Notes under the pieces: generated by a model
The model's database searches: none
Told to the model about the DNA's origin: nothing
Seen by the model: only the letters and a program-made list of their open reading frames with translations
In this document: positions 28,047 to 37,596 of the stretch, piece by piece
Layout of the letters: every line of letters begins with the position of its first letter
Position numbering within the stretch: the stretch's first letter is position 1
Assembly: GCA_003154195.1 (NCBI GenBank)
Contig: PMCS01000024.1
Coordinates: 28 to 64,027, forward strand
Reading direction: 5' to 3'
Length of the DNA stretch: 64,000 nt
Origin: Candidatus Omnitrophota bacterium
GTDB lineage: Bacteria; Omnitrophota; Gorgyraeia; Duberdicusellales; 4484-171
Made by a program: the position numbers and the translations under genes

Positions 28047-29936
28047 CTACTCAGGGAGATTTTCAAGATATTCCCATCGCTCATAAGCGGCGTGAAGCTC
28101 GTCTTCCAAAGTTGTCAGCCGGTTTTTGGCTTTCGCTATGTCTTTGGGATCTTTTTGATAAAAATTAGTATCGGTAAGAGCAGCGTACAGTTCTTTTTGC
28201 TCCGCTTCCAGCTTTTCGATTTTTCCCGGAAACGCCTCAAGCTCGTGTTTTTCTTTAAAGGTGATTTTTCGGCCGGGCAGCTCCGGTTTAGTAATCTTAT
28301 TTTCGGTTTTAGGTTTAGGCGTTACCGGTTTTGGTGCGGCGATTTTTCGCTGGTTAAGCCAGTCGTCGTAGCCGCCGGGATATTCGTTAATCTCCCCTTC
28401 GCCTTCGAAGACCAGGGTAGAAGTCACCACATTGTTTAGAAATGCCCGGTCATGGCTGACTAAAAGAAGAGTTCCCGGATATTCGAGCAGCATCTCTTCC
28501 AGAAGCTCCAGCGTTTCGATATCCAGATCGTTGGTGGGTTCGTCCATTACCAGAAGGTTGAACGGTTTAGTAAAGAGCCGGGCAAGTAATAGCCGGTTGC
28601 GTTCGCCGCCGGAAAGAATTTTAGCCGGGCTTTCCGCCCGGTCCGGAGAAAAAAGAAAATCCCGCAGGTATCCGATGATATTGCGGGGCTTACCGTTGAT
28701 CATTATCGTGTCGCCGCCATCGCATATATTCTGGGCAACGGTTTTTTCGTTGTCTAATTGCTCGCGCAGCTGGTCATAGTAGGCGATTTGAAGATTGGGG
28801 CCCAACCGGGCTTTTCCTTTGGTGGGCTCAAGCTTTTCCAAAAGGATGCGTATCAGGGTGGTTTTCCCGCAGCCGTTGGGGCCGATAATGCCGATTTTGT
28901 CCCCGCGCATGATTTTAGCGCTAAAATCGCGGATCAGGCAGTTATCTCTATAGTTAAATCCCAGGTTGGAAACTTTCATAATCAAATGCCCGGCAACATC
29001 GGCTTTTTGCTGTTTCAGATGGACATTGCCGATAGCTTTGCGCTGGGCCTTCTTTTCTTCCCTTAAGCGCTCCAGGGCTTTAACCCGGCCTTCGCTGCGG
29101 CAGCGCCGGGCTTTTACACCCTGGCGAATCCAGATTTCTTCCTGGGCTAATTTTTTATCAAAAGTATCCCAGTATGATTCTTCCATGTTTAAGGCGGTCT
29201 CCTTGCGTTTCAGGAAAGTTTCGTAATCGCAGGACCAGCTGAAGATTTTTCCGCGGTCCAGTTCGATGATCCGGGTAGCTAAATGCGTCATGAACATCCG
29301 GTCATGGGTGACGAAAAAAACTGTGCCGTGGTAAGATTTTAAAAACTTTTCCAGCCAATCAATTGAGTCTATGTCTAAATGGTTTGTCGGTTCATCTAAG
29401 AGTATAATGTCAGGCTTTAGCACCAGAGCCCGGGCAAGTAAAACTCTGCGCTTCTGTCCGCCGGATAATTTTTCAAAGTCGCTTTCCGGATCGAGTTTCA
29501 TCCGGGAGATGACTTCTTCGACCTGGCCGTTGAGGTCCCAGGATTTAGTGTGGTCAAGCTCCGACTGGACATTACCAAGCCGGCGCATCAGGTCGGGATT
29601 ATTGTCGGCGTGCATCTGGTTAGTAAGGTGGTGGTAATCAACTAAGAGCTGTCCGCGTTTGCCCAGGCCTGATGAGACGATATCAAATACGTTTCCCGTG
29701 ATATCGGTTGCGACTTCCTGGGGTAAATGAGCTACTTGGATATTCTTCTGACAAAATACTTCTCCATCATCAATGCTGGCTTGTCCGGCAATGACTTTCA
29801 TCAGCGTGGTTTTACCTGCGCCATTGCGCCCCAGGAGGGCAATCCGTTCCCCGGCTTCTATATGCAGGGTTAAGCGGTCAAAAATGAGCGGCCCACCGAA
29901 AGCAAGATTTATTTCTTTTAAGCTGATTAGTGCCAT
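28047..29936 (-). CDS. ABC-F family ATPase (Uup/EttA-like, two ABC domains plus C-terminal coiled coil)
   Basis: two Walker A/B sets and signatures LSGGQKRRVLLA and LSGGERNRLLLA; the likely start is MALISLKEINLAFGG rather than the upstream ATG at 29981. Confidence 0.8.
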   Translation of the reverse strand: MALISLKEINLAFGGPLIFDRLTLHIEAGERIALLGRNGAGKTTLMKVIAGQASIDDGEVFCQKNIQVAHLPQEVATDITGNVFDIVSSGLGKRGQLLVDYHHLTNQMHADNNPDLMRRLGNVQSELDHTKSWDLNGQVEEVISRMKLDPESDFEKLSGGQKRRVLLARALVLKPDIILLDEPTNHLDIDSIDWLEKFLKSYHGTVFFVTHDRMFMTHLATRIIELDRGKIFSWSCDYETFLKRKETALNMEESYWDTFDKKLAQEEIWIRQGVKARRCRSEGRVKALERLREEKKAQRKAIGNVHLKQQKADVAGHLIMKVSNLGFNYRDNCLIRDFSAKIMRGDKIGIIGPNGCGKTTLIRILLEKLEPTKGKARLGPNLQIAYYDQLREQLDNEKTVAQNICDGGDTIMINGKPRNIIGYLRDFLFSPDRAESPAKILSGGERNRLLLARLFTKPFNLLVMDEPTNDLDIETLELLEEMLLEYPGTLLLVSHDRAFLNNVVTSTLVFEGEGEINEYPGGYDDWLNQRKIAAPKPVTPKPKTENKITKPELPGRKITFKEKHELEAFPGKIEKLEAEQKELYAALTDTNFYQKDPKDIAKAKNRLTTLEDELHAAYERWEYLENLPE

Positions 29937-29952
29937 AAGGAGAAACAGTATA

Positions 29953-29988
29953 ACCCATAAAATGCATTTGGTAAAATGCATTTTATGG
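29953..29988. promoter_or_regulatory. perfect 15-bp inverted repeat (cccataaaatgcatt-N6-aatgcattttatggg) in the ABC-F leader
   Basis: seen in sequence; lies 16 nt upstream of the proposed start codon. Confidence 0.5.
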
Positions 29989-30046
29989 GTGGATTTGCCG
30001 GGTTAATGTGGGCACGACCGTAAGGTATGGAGTTTCAGAAGAAAAA

Positions 30047-30260
30047 TGCTATAATACCTTGTCAGCATATTTATTGAATTATTTTATTTTCATCCGCGAA
30101 ACGGATGTCTTTTATTTTTTACCCATTCGGCAGAAAGCCGCGTCCGTGAGGGCGCGGATGAATGCTTTCTGCCTCAGGGTGAAGCTCCAGGGGAGCTGAA
30201 TCCTGAATAACAAGAAACCACCACCGTAAGGTGGTGGAGCTTCACGAAGTAAAAAATAAT
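30047..30260 (+). promoter_or_regulatory. extended -10 promoter (TGcTATAAT) plus an about 200-nt highly structured leader of the ROK kinase gene (candidate cis-regulatory RNA)
   Basis: TGCTATAAT at 30047-30055; small hairpin plus U-tract at 30100-30130; nested 10-bp stems at 30139-30170 and 30176-30245, the latter with a competing local pairing and overlapping the only GGAG before the ATG. Confidence 0.35.
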
Positions 30261-31586
30261 ATGAAATCAAGATTATTCATCGGTATCGACATCGGGGGAA
30301 CGAAGATTTCCGGGGGACTGGCCGACGAAACAGGCAAGATTATCGTACGGGATAAGATTGCTACGCCGCTCGATGCTAAACCGTCGGAGATTCTTTTTAT
30401 CGTAACTAAATTAATCAATAGCCTCTCTTCCGGCAGTAAAATTGTGGCGAAAAACATTGCCGGAATCGGCATCGGCGTGCCCGGCATTGTCAATACAAAA
30501 AAAGGTAAAATCGTCGCCACCCCGAATGTCGACCTCGCCGGGTTTGATCTCGTCAAAAAAATAACGAAAAAATTCCGAACCAGGGTATCTATCGGTAACG
30601 ATGTTAACCTGGGGCTGCTTGGCGAATATTGGTTCGGCGCCGGCCGCCGGGTAAAAAATATTATTGGATTATTTCCCGGTACCGGAGTGGGCGGCGCGGC
30701 CATTGTTGACGGCAAGCTTTTGCTGGGCGCCAAAGGCGCGGCAACAGAATTCGGGCATTTAATTATCGATACTCATGGCCCGGAATGCAGCTGCGGCAAC
30801 CGGGGATGCCTGGAAGCGATTGCCGGCCGATGGGCAATCGAACGCGATATTCGCGCCGCGGTTAAAGCGGGCCGGGAATCGGCGCTTATTGACATTTGCA
30901 AAAGCGATTTAGCCGTAATAAAAAGCAAAGCGCTCAAGGAAGCTCTGGCGCGAAAAGATGAATTAACCACGGAGGTCATGGAAAAAGCGGCGGACGCGTT
31001 AGGGTTTGCCTGCGTCAGCCTGCGCCACGCCTTCGACCCGGCGTTGATTATTTTCGGCGGCGGTATCATTGAGGCATGCGCCGGTTTTATTTTGCCGATG
31101 GTCAGGAAAATTGTCGATGACGACCCGTTTTTTGCTAAAGTTTCCCGTTGTAAAATTGTGGAGTCGGAGCTGAAAGACGACGCGGTGATTTTAGGGGCGG
31201 TTGCCCTGGCCCAGGAAGGCTTAGGGATAAAAGCCGGCGAGATAAAAGCCAACCCGTCGGTTTGTATGGTTTTAAAAGACGATAGTGTGCTTATTGATGG
31301 GAAAACTTACAATCGGGGTGTTTGTATCCGGGTCAACTGTAAGGTTAAAAAACGTCCTAAAAAATTCAGCGAAGAAAAAGAAATAAGCGAGCAAGAATTA
31401 AGAAAGTTTTGCAAAAAGAAGCCGGAAGTATTTATCATCGCTTATCGCGACGCATTGCCGGTGTTAAGCGAACAAGCGCAAATATTCCTGAAAGAAAAGA
31501 AAATCAACGCAAAAATCCTGCCGCTATCCCCCGCAATCGATCTATACAACGAAACTACGTCAAAAAAAGCGATTCTTGTGATTTAA
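30261..31586 (+). CDS. ROK-family sugar kinase (glucokinase-like) with an about 130-aa C-terminal extension of unknown function
   Basis: IGIDIGGTK ATP-binding motif and the CSCGNRGCLEA zinc motif; the ORF track begins at GTG 30231; ATG at 30261 (MKSRLFIGID) is more plausible. Confidence 0.7.
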   Translation: MKSRLFIGIDIGGTKISGGLADETGKIIVRDKIATPLDAKPSEILFIVTKLINSLSSGSKIVAKNIAGIGIGVPGIVNTKKGKIVATPNVDLAGFDLVKKITKKFRTRVSIGNDVNLGLLGEYWFGAGRRVKNIIGLFPGTGVGGAAIVDGKLLLGAKGAATEFGHLIIDTHGPECSCGNRGCLEAIAGRWAIERDIRAAVKAGRESALIDICKSDLAVIKSKALKEALARKDELTTEVMEKAADALGFACVSLRHAFDPALIIFGGGIIEACAGFILPMVRKIVDDDPFFAKVSRCKIVESELKDDAVILGAVALAQEGLGIKAGEIKANPSVCMVLKDDSVLIDGKTYNRGVCIRVNCKVKKRPKKFSEEKEISEQELRKFCKKKPEVFIIAYRDALPVLSEQAQIFLKEKKINAKILPLSPAIDLYNETTSKKAILVI

Positions 31587-31620
31587 TAATAAGAAAGTAA
31601 AATGAAATACAAAAACTTTT

Positions 31621-31798
31621 GTCCACAGATTGCTCAGATTTTTATGGCTTAAGAAAAAGATTGGGATATTTATAGATATAAAATAATCCCGCCGTATTTT
31701 GGCGGGATTATCCCGGTAGGCCACCGGCGTGAGCCGGTGGTAGTTCACTTTTTAAATCTGTTTAATCCCAATCCTATTAATCTGAGAAATCTGTGGAA
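31621..31798. repeat. inverted pair of GTCCACAGATT-nCnCAGATTT elements flanking two GC-rich hairpins
   Basis: left copy at 31621-31650; right reverse-complement copy at 31755-31798; internal hairpins atcccgccgtattttggcgggat and ccaccggcgtgagccggtgg. Confidence 0.75.
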
Positions 31799-31820
31799 AA
31801 ATTTTTTGGTTGGTTTTTAA

Positions 31821-32399
31821 TTAAAGATTTTCAATTATTACTTTTCTGTTGGATATCTTCTCGAAAAGGTCGGCTTTATTTTGTGCCGCTTCGCGATCCT
31901 CCGGCGATTCCGATTGGGCATCAACTCGTATGATCACCTGTTCCGGTTTAATGTCACATTCGACATCCTTAACCATTCCGCGATGCGTCCGGTCTAAACC
32001 GTCGGCGATGCGCAGAATAGCCGAGAGTTTATTTACGATATCTTTATTCTTTACGTCCAGATCGCAATAATATTTATGGGACTTTTTGGGCAAGGATTTA
32101 CGGTGATAGCGGGCGATAAGCGCAATGATGGCCCGCGGGATTGGGCCGATAGCTAATTCTTTCGCGTCCACGATGATATCGCGGGATAGTTTATGATGAG
32201 ATTTTTCGTTTTGGCTGAAACCGATATCGTGCAAAATAGCCCCCGCTTCGAGTGATATCCGTTCCTCATCGCCTAAATTGTGCAACGGTTTTAGTTGATC
32301 GAATAACTGAAGGGACAATTTTGTGACTTGCCGGCTATGCCCTTCTTCCCATTTACAGCGCCGGGCCAATTCCAGTGATTGAGTAATTATTTGTTCCAT
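31821..32399 (-). CDS. stand-alone HD-domain protein resembling the C-terminal domain of Ppx/GppA
   Basis: HDIG...H...D motifs; alignable to the C-terminal about 180 aa of the Ppx at 35865-37397. Confidence 0.55.
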   Translation of the reverse strand: MEQIITQSLELARRCKWEEGHSRQVTKLSLQLFDQLKPLHNLGDEERISLEAGAILHDIGFSQNEKSHHKLSRDIIVDAKELAIGPIPRAIIALIARYHRKSLPKKSHKYYCDLDVKNKDIVNKLSAILRIADGLDRTHRGMVKDVECDIKPEQVIIRVDAQSESPEDREAAQNKADLFEKISNRKVIIENL

Positions 32400-32476
32400 G
32401 TATTTGTCTTTATCCTTATGCTCCGCGAAGCGGAGCCGGATAAAGAAACCCTGCGGTAAACCGCAGGGTTTCTTTA

Positions 32477-33343
32477 TTAGGAGACCATTTCGTATATCTT
32501 CTGCCAGGTTTTGGCATGTTTATGCTTTTTCCACAAATGGACAAATTTTTCATACCAGGTTTTGCGGCATTTCTCGCATTCATGGTGATAGTATTTCAGA
32601 AATCCGGATAGCTGCCGGTTATTTTTAAGCGCGCGCGCCTGCTCAAGCCAAACGTCAAATTCGTGGACACTGCCCAGCGCGCGCTGTATTTCAACCAAGT
32701 TTCTGAGGTATTCTTCCGATTCCCCCGGATAAATGGCTTGGAAAAGTTCTAAGGTATAGCGTAAGTGTTTCGCTTCGATACGCATCCGGTGAAGTTTTTT
32801 CCGGGCGTGCGGCTTTTTAACGTAAGGTTCGTAGGCAAGAAGATTTTTAAGGCACCGGGTAACTTTCTTACGCGCGAGAGCGCGCAATCCATGATCATCG
32901 CGCCCGTTATCTTGAGCGACGGCACGCCCAATTTGATCGGGTATCTTTGTTTTATTAAAGCGCTTTACTTCCGCGAGGGCTTTTGTCTGAGCGTCACGTC
33001 GGCGGATTTTATAGATTGTGGCCAGCTCATTAAGCCCCTGCGCTTGTTTTTTTGACAACGCGGCGCCAGGAAAATTTTTCAGGAATTCGATATGGACATC
33101 GAGGTCGCGCGTTTCGCTTAACACGTCAGAAAGGCGGCTCAGGGTTTTTCCCCATTTTTTGCGCTCTTTTTTCGAAAACTGCTTTTTTAAGACCCATAAC
33201 GCGGCGCGCAAACGTCGGGTCGCCACCCGCGCCTCGTGGACATGCTCGATGCTATGGGATTTGGGGATATTATCCAGATGCGCAGCCAGGGCGGTAAGGT
33301 AGCGGAAGATGGTTTGGTTTAAGCGATTATCGATAGTTTCCAT
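32477..33343 (-). CDS. CHAD-domain protein (polyphosphate-granule-associated)
   Basis: conserved His/Arg-rich helical pattern (HEARVATRRLRAAL, KKLHRMRIEAKHLRY). Confidence 0.6.
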   Translation of the reverse strand: METIDNRLNQTIFRYLTALAAHLDNIPKSHSIEHVHEARVATRRLRAALWVLKKQFSKKERKKWGKTLSRLSDVLSETRDLDVHIEFLKNFPGAALSKKQAQGLNELATIYKIRRRDAQTKALAEVKRFNKTKIPDQIGRAVAQDNGRDDHGLRALARKKVTRCLKNLLAYEPYVKKPHARKKLHRMRIEAKHLRYTLELFQAIYPGESEEYLRNLVEIQRALGSVHEFDVWLEQARALKNNRQLSGFLKYYHHECEKCRKTWYEKFVHLWKKHKHAKTWQKIYEMVS

Positions 33344-33349
33344 AAAAAT

Positions 33350-33612
33350 TGGTTAGGGCTATGGCTAGGCTCTCCTTCGCCCTTCGAGCTTTGGAAAAGT
33401 CTCGCCGAAGCCATAGCGAAGGCGGAAAGCCGGTAATAATAATCAGCTAGGGCTAGGGTAACGAAGCCAGTTTGGGTTACGGTAAAGGTTAGGGCTGATA
33501 CTAATCTTAAAACCTTTACCTTTACCTTAACCTATACTGGCATCCTTACCTTTACCCTGACCAAGTCTTTAACCGATACCGGCATCGTTACCCTTACCCT
33601 AGCCGTTTTTAA
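33350..33612. repeat. about 170-bp imperfect palindromic repeat (copy 2, inverted relative to copy 1) plus additional flanking hairpins
   Basis: 33440-33612 matches the reverse complement of 20305-20490. Confidence 0.8.
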
Positions 33613-33613
33613 T

Positions 33614-35617
33614 TTACGTATAGTGCTGGATAAAAAACTCCTGGGCGTTGAATTTATCGCCGGTAATATCAGGTTTAGCGTATTTTTTATCATCCGATAA
33701 AACCCAGGATTTTACATTGTCCTTCCAGCAATTATCCAGGATAAAACGCAGGTGTTCTTTCAGCTCGTCTTTGTATATCTCAAACAAAAGTTCGATGCGC
33801 CGGTCGAAATTACGCGTCATCCAGTCGCTGGAAGCCATGAATATCCGGGGGCCGGCGTTATTATTGAACATATAAATCCGCGAATGTTCGAGGAACCGGC
33901 CGACGATACTTTTTATTTCGATATTTTCGCTTAAGTTTTTAACACCGGGGATAATCACGCATATACCCCGGACAATCAATCTTATTCTCACCCCCGCGTT
34001 CGATGCTTCGTACAGCTTTTCCGCAATTTGCGGGTCTTCCAGGGAGTTCATCTTGGCAAAAATAAAACCATTTTTATATTTCTTATGGTACTCAATTTCC
34101 TTGTCGATCATTTCGAAAAAATATTGGCGTAAATCGTAAGGCGACGAGACAATCCGGTTCCATCTTCCCGGTACGGAATAGCCGGTAATGGCGTTAAAAA
34201 CTTCGGAGATATCTTTGGCGAAATCGTCGTTGGCGGTAAAGTACCCGGCATCAGTGTAAGCGGAAGCGGTTTTTTCGTTATAATTGCCGGTTGACACATG
34301 GACATACCGGCGTATCCTTCCCTCTTCCTTGCGCACTACCAGCGTTATCTTGGAATGAATCTTCATCCCGGCGATACCGTACATCACATGGCACCCCGCC
34401 GCTTCTAAATCCTTTGCCCAATCGATATTGCGCTCTTCGTCGAAGCGCGCCTTGATTTCTACAAGAATCGTTACCTGCTTCTTGTTTTTTGCCGCCTCTT
34501 TCAGGGATTTAATTATGGCGGAATTTTCATCGGTACGGTAGAGGGTCATTTTGATGGCCAGGACGTTTTCGTCTCTGGCCGCGGTTCTGATAAGGTCGAC
34601 GGTCGGCTGGAACGATTGATAGGGAAGGTGGATTAAGAAGTCGCCTTCTTTTATTTTGTCAAAAATATTCTCGTATTCGATTTTTTGAGGAACAAAACTT
34701 TTATAGAGCAATTGCGGCTTATTGAGCTGCGCCGCTAATTCAAATAAATAACTTAATCCCAGCTCGCCGTCAATACCGGTGATCTCTTCCTGGGGAAAAT
34801 CGATACTGGCAAAAAGCGTTTCCAGTATTTCCGCCGGGCAGGATTTTTCTACCTGGGCGCATACGATTTTTGCCTGAGGCCGTTTTTTGACTTCGTTTTC
34901 GATAGCTTTTAAAAGATTGGGCGCGTATTCTTCGTCAACCGACAATTCACTGTCCCGGACTACGCGAAAAAGAGAATTCCCCGCCACTTTATACCCCTTA
35001 AAAAAACCGTCGATATTCTGGCGGATGATTTCATCAATTAAAATAAAATCAAGTTCGTCTCCGGCGGAGGGCAATTTTAAAATTCGCGGCGCAGCTTTGG
35101 GTATCGGCATAACCGCGAGGTGGTTGACATTGTATCGTGACAGCATCACGGCAAAGGCAATGGTTTTTGACGGCAGGACCGGAAATGGCCGGCCCTGGTC
35201 AATCGCCATCGGCGTAATGATGGGAAAAAGCGTTGTTTCAAAATAGGCCCGGCTGTATTTTTTTTGCTCCGCGCTCAACTCCTCGTATTTCCGGATAAAA
35301 ATCTTATTTTTTTCCAGTTCCTTGGCGATTTTATCTTTATAGGAATAAAGTTTTTTATTTAAAAGCTGCACCGTCCCTTTGATTTCCAGGGCGATATCGG
35401 TCGGGAAATAGCCGAAGTTATCTTTTTGGTTATACCCGGAATCAATCAGGCGTTTCAGGCCGGCCACGCGAACCATAAAAAACTCGTCCATGTTATTGGC
35501 GAAAATCGCCAGGAAGCGTAAGCGTTCCGCCAGGGGATTGGACGAGTCAACGGCTTCTTCCAGCACTCGTTCGTTAAACGCCAACCAGCTCAGATCACGA
35601 TGAATAAATTTTTCCAT
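33614..35617 (-). CDS. ppk: polyphosphate kinase 1
   Basis: 667 aa with PPK1 N-terminal, catalytic and two PLD-like C-terminal domains; N-terminus MEKFIHRDLSWLAFNERVLEEA. Confidence 0.85.
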   Translation of the reverse strand: MEKFIHRDLSWLAFNERVLEEAVDSSNPLAERLRFLAIFANNMDEFFMVRVAGLKRLIDSGYNQKDNFGYFPTDIALEIKGTVQLLNKKLYSYKDKIAKELEKNKIFIRKYEELSAEQKKYSRAYFETTLFPIITPMAIDQGRPFPVLPSKTIAFAVMLSRYNVNHLAVMPIPKAAPRILKLPSAGDELDFILIDEIIRQNIDGFFKGYKVAGNSLFRVVRDSELSVDEEYAPNLLKAIENEVKKRPQAKIVCAQVEKSCPAEILETLFASIDFPQEEITGIDGELGLSYLFELAAQLNKPQLLYKSFVPQKIEYENIFDKIKEGDFLIHLPYQSFQPTVDLIRTAARDENVLAIKMTLYRTDENSAIIKSLKEAAKNKKQVTILVEIKARFDEERNIDWAKDLEAAGCHVMYGIAGMKIHSKITLVVRKEEGRIRRYVHVSTGNYNEKTASAYTDAGYFTANDDFAKDISEVFNAITGYSVPGRWNRIVSSPYDLRQYFFEMIDKEIEYHKKYKNGFIFAKMNSLEDPQIAEKLYEASNAGVRIRLIVRGICVIIPGVKNLSENIEIKSIVGRFLEHSRIYMFNNNAGPRIFMASSDWMTRNFDRRIELLFEIYKDELKEHLRFILDNCWKDNVKSWVLSDDKKYAKPDITGDKFNAQEFFIQHYT

Positions 35618-35864
35618 ATTTTTCTTTTTTCCTTCGGAAAAAATAAAAATCGCCTAACCGGAAAATTCGCAAACTCATTTTCCGGTTAGAGAAATAAAAA
35701 ACATAAAATTATTAATATAATGTTAATAATATTCTTTTTTGCTAAGGGGAAGTTTGCTCGCCAAAAGTTGGAAACTTTTGGCGATGTCTCGCTTGCCTCT
35801 CGGCAAAACCGAGGGCCTTCGGCGGAAAAACCGTAGGTTTTCATATATCTAAACCGGCATAGTT

Positions 35865-37397
35865 TTATGCCGGTTTAGGAATGAAACTTATCTTGTTTCC
35901 CGTTATTTCTTCAAAAAAATCTTTCTTCGATGAAAAATCAAGTTTTTCCAGGAGGCAATTATTGTTACTGTAGCCGTAAATCGCAATGTTACCTTTGCTG
36001 AATTTTATCTCCAGCTTTTTCAGTTTTTGCTTGTGGGAACTATCCAGGGAATTGGCGATACGTAAAATCGCGCTCAACTTCTGTACCAATATCTGCTTAT
36101 CGAGGTTAAGCGAGTTATAGAGTAAATGCGTGGCAGCGGGGGGAGCTTTCCGGTGGTAGCGGGCAATGCAGGCGATGACATTTATCTCTTCTTCGGTGAG
36201 GCGAAAAAGATTGAGGCTGTTGATGATGTATTCCGAGTGTTTATGGTGGGAGCGGTTGTGGATAAACGAACCGATATCGTGCAGATACGCGGCTAAGGTT
36301 AAATAAAGCAAATCCTCCGGTTTTAAGCCGAGCATCTCTTTGAAATTTTCAAAGAGCGTTTTCGACAACTCGGCTACGTGTTTTACGTGATTGAGGTCGG
36401 CGTTGAATTTACGGCAGAGAAATGTCGCCACCGAAACGAGCTGATTGGTTTTGTTATACTTTTTCGCCAACTCGATACCTAAGATTACATTGGCTAAAAT
36501 CGCTTCCGCCAGGGACGCTTCAAGGATGTAGATATACTTGATTTCCGCTACGCTAAACAAGCTGTTTAAAAGAAGCGCGTAGGCGGTGATGGTTTCGGCG
36601 ATTTCCGAGGGTATTTTATAGGTCCGGACGATTTCGTCGGTATTTTTATCGCCTAAGCTTTCCAGGATTTTCGCGATGTCTTCCCGGTTAATGCGCCAGA
36701 ACCCGGCTTCTTTATTTTTGTCGGCCAGGATTGCCGCCAGGTACGCGGAGTATTTTTCGTCGATAAGAATAATGTCGTCGATCTGGGTACGCGGCGAGAT
36801 ATTGTCTTTCAGATAGGCCAATTCATGGGTGATAAATTCCTGGACCGCTTCGCAGGTTTCCGAGGAACTTCCCTCGAGCTTGCTCATGAGCTGGCGTATA
36901 CGTAAAGTCCCGATAGGCAGGCCAAGATTGAGCTGGGTAAAGCCTTTGTCCATCAGCGAAACATCGAGGCTTCCTGAGCCAAGCTCCGCGATAAGTACGG
37001 TTTTTTCATGAATGGGATAGGTATTTTTTAGTTTATGATGCAGATAGGAGTCGATGTAGTAGACGACATCGCCGGCGGTCAATATTTCCGCGTTAAGGCC
37101 GGTTTTGCGGGAAATCGTGTCGATAAAAATATCGCGGTTGCGCGCTTCGCGTACGGCGGTAGTGGCAATGAGCATGACGTTGGCGACATCGTATTCCTTG
37201 AGGGCTTGCTGGTATTTTTCTAAAATCGATAATATCTGGTGTATCGTTTCCGGGGTGATGCTTCCGCGGTAGAAGGTATAGTTGCCGATGGGAACGGTAT
37301 TCTTGAGATGTTCTAAAATCTTTATCTCCTCGCCCTCCCCTTCCCCGATAATCAATTTTATGGAACTGGATCCGATGTCAATAACTCCCGCGCGCAT
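35865..37397 (-). CDS. ppx: exopolyphosphatase / guanosine pentaphosphate phosphohydrolase (Ppx/GppA family)
   Basis: N-terminal actin-like ATPase motif AGVIDIGSSSIKL; C-terminal HD domain; the ATG at 37397 is preceded by AGGAGG. Confidence 0.8.
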   Translation of the reverse strand: MRAGVIDIGSSSIKLIIGEGEGEEIKILEHLKNTVPIGNYTFYRGSITPETIHQILSILEKYQQALKEYDVANVMLIATTAVREARNRDIFIDTISRKTGLNAEILTAGDVVYYIDSYLHHKLKNTYPIHEKTVLIAELGSGSLDVSLMDKGFTQLNLGLPIGTLRIRQLMSKLEGSSSETCEAVQEFITHELAYLKDNISPRTQIDDIILIDEKYSAYLAAILADKNKEAGFWRINREDIAKILESLGDKNTDEIVRTYKIPSEIAETITAYALLLNSLFSVAEIKYIYILEASLAEAILANVILGIELAKKYNKTNQLVSVATFLCRKFNADLNHVKHVAELSKTLFENFKEMLGLKPEDLLYLTLAAYLHDIGSFIHNRSHHKHSEYIINSLNLFRLTEEEINVIACIARYHRKAPPAATHLLYNSLNLDKQILVQKLSAILRIANSLDSSHKQKLKKLEIKFSKGNIAIYGYSNNNCLLEKLDFSSKKDFFEEITGNKISFIPKPA

Positions 37398-37596
37398 GAT
37401 CCCTCCTGATTTTCTTTGGTTAATACCAAAAACCAAATACTTTTGTCCACAGATTTCAAGGATTTTGTAGAAAAAACATGGCCCAAACCCATTAATTTTT
37501 TATACAATGGCTTGATATATGCTATTTTGACCGGAGTTAATTATACCGCTATCCCCGTTTTCGGCAAGAATAAAGAAAAATTGTTATTTTTATTGG

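Noticed and set aside
33350-33440. Possible small ORF or selfish element in the extra about 90 bp left of the second long palindrome
   Set aside because: The segment contains only further short dyads (tatggct...agccata, ccttcgc...gcgaagg) and no ORF with a start or RBS.
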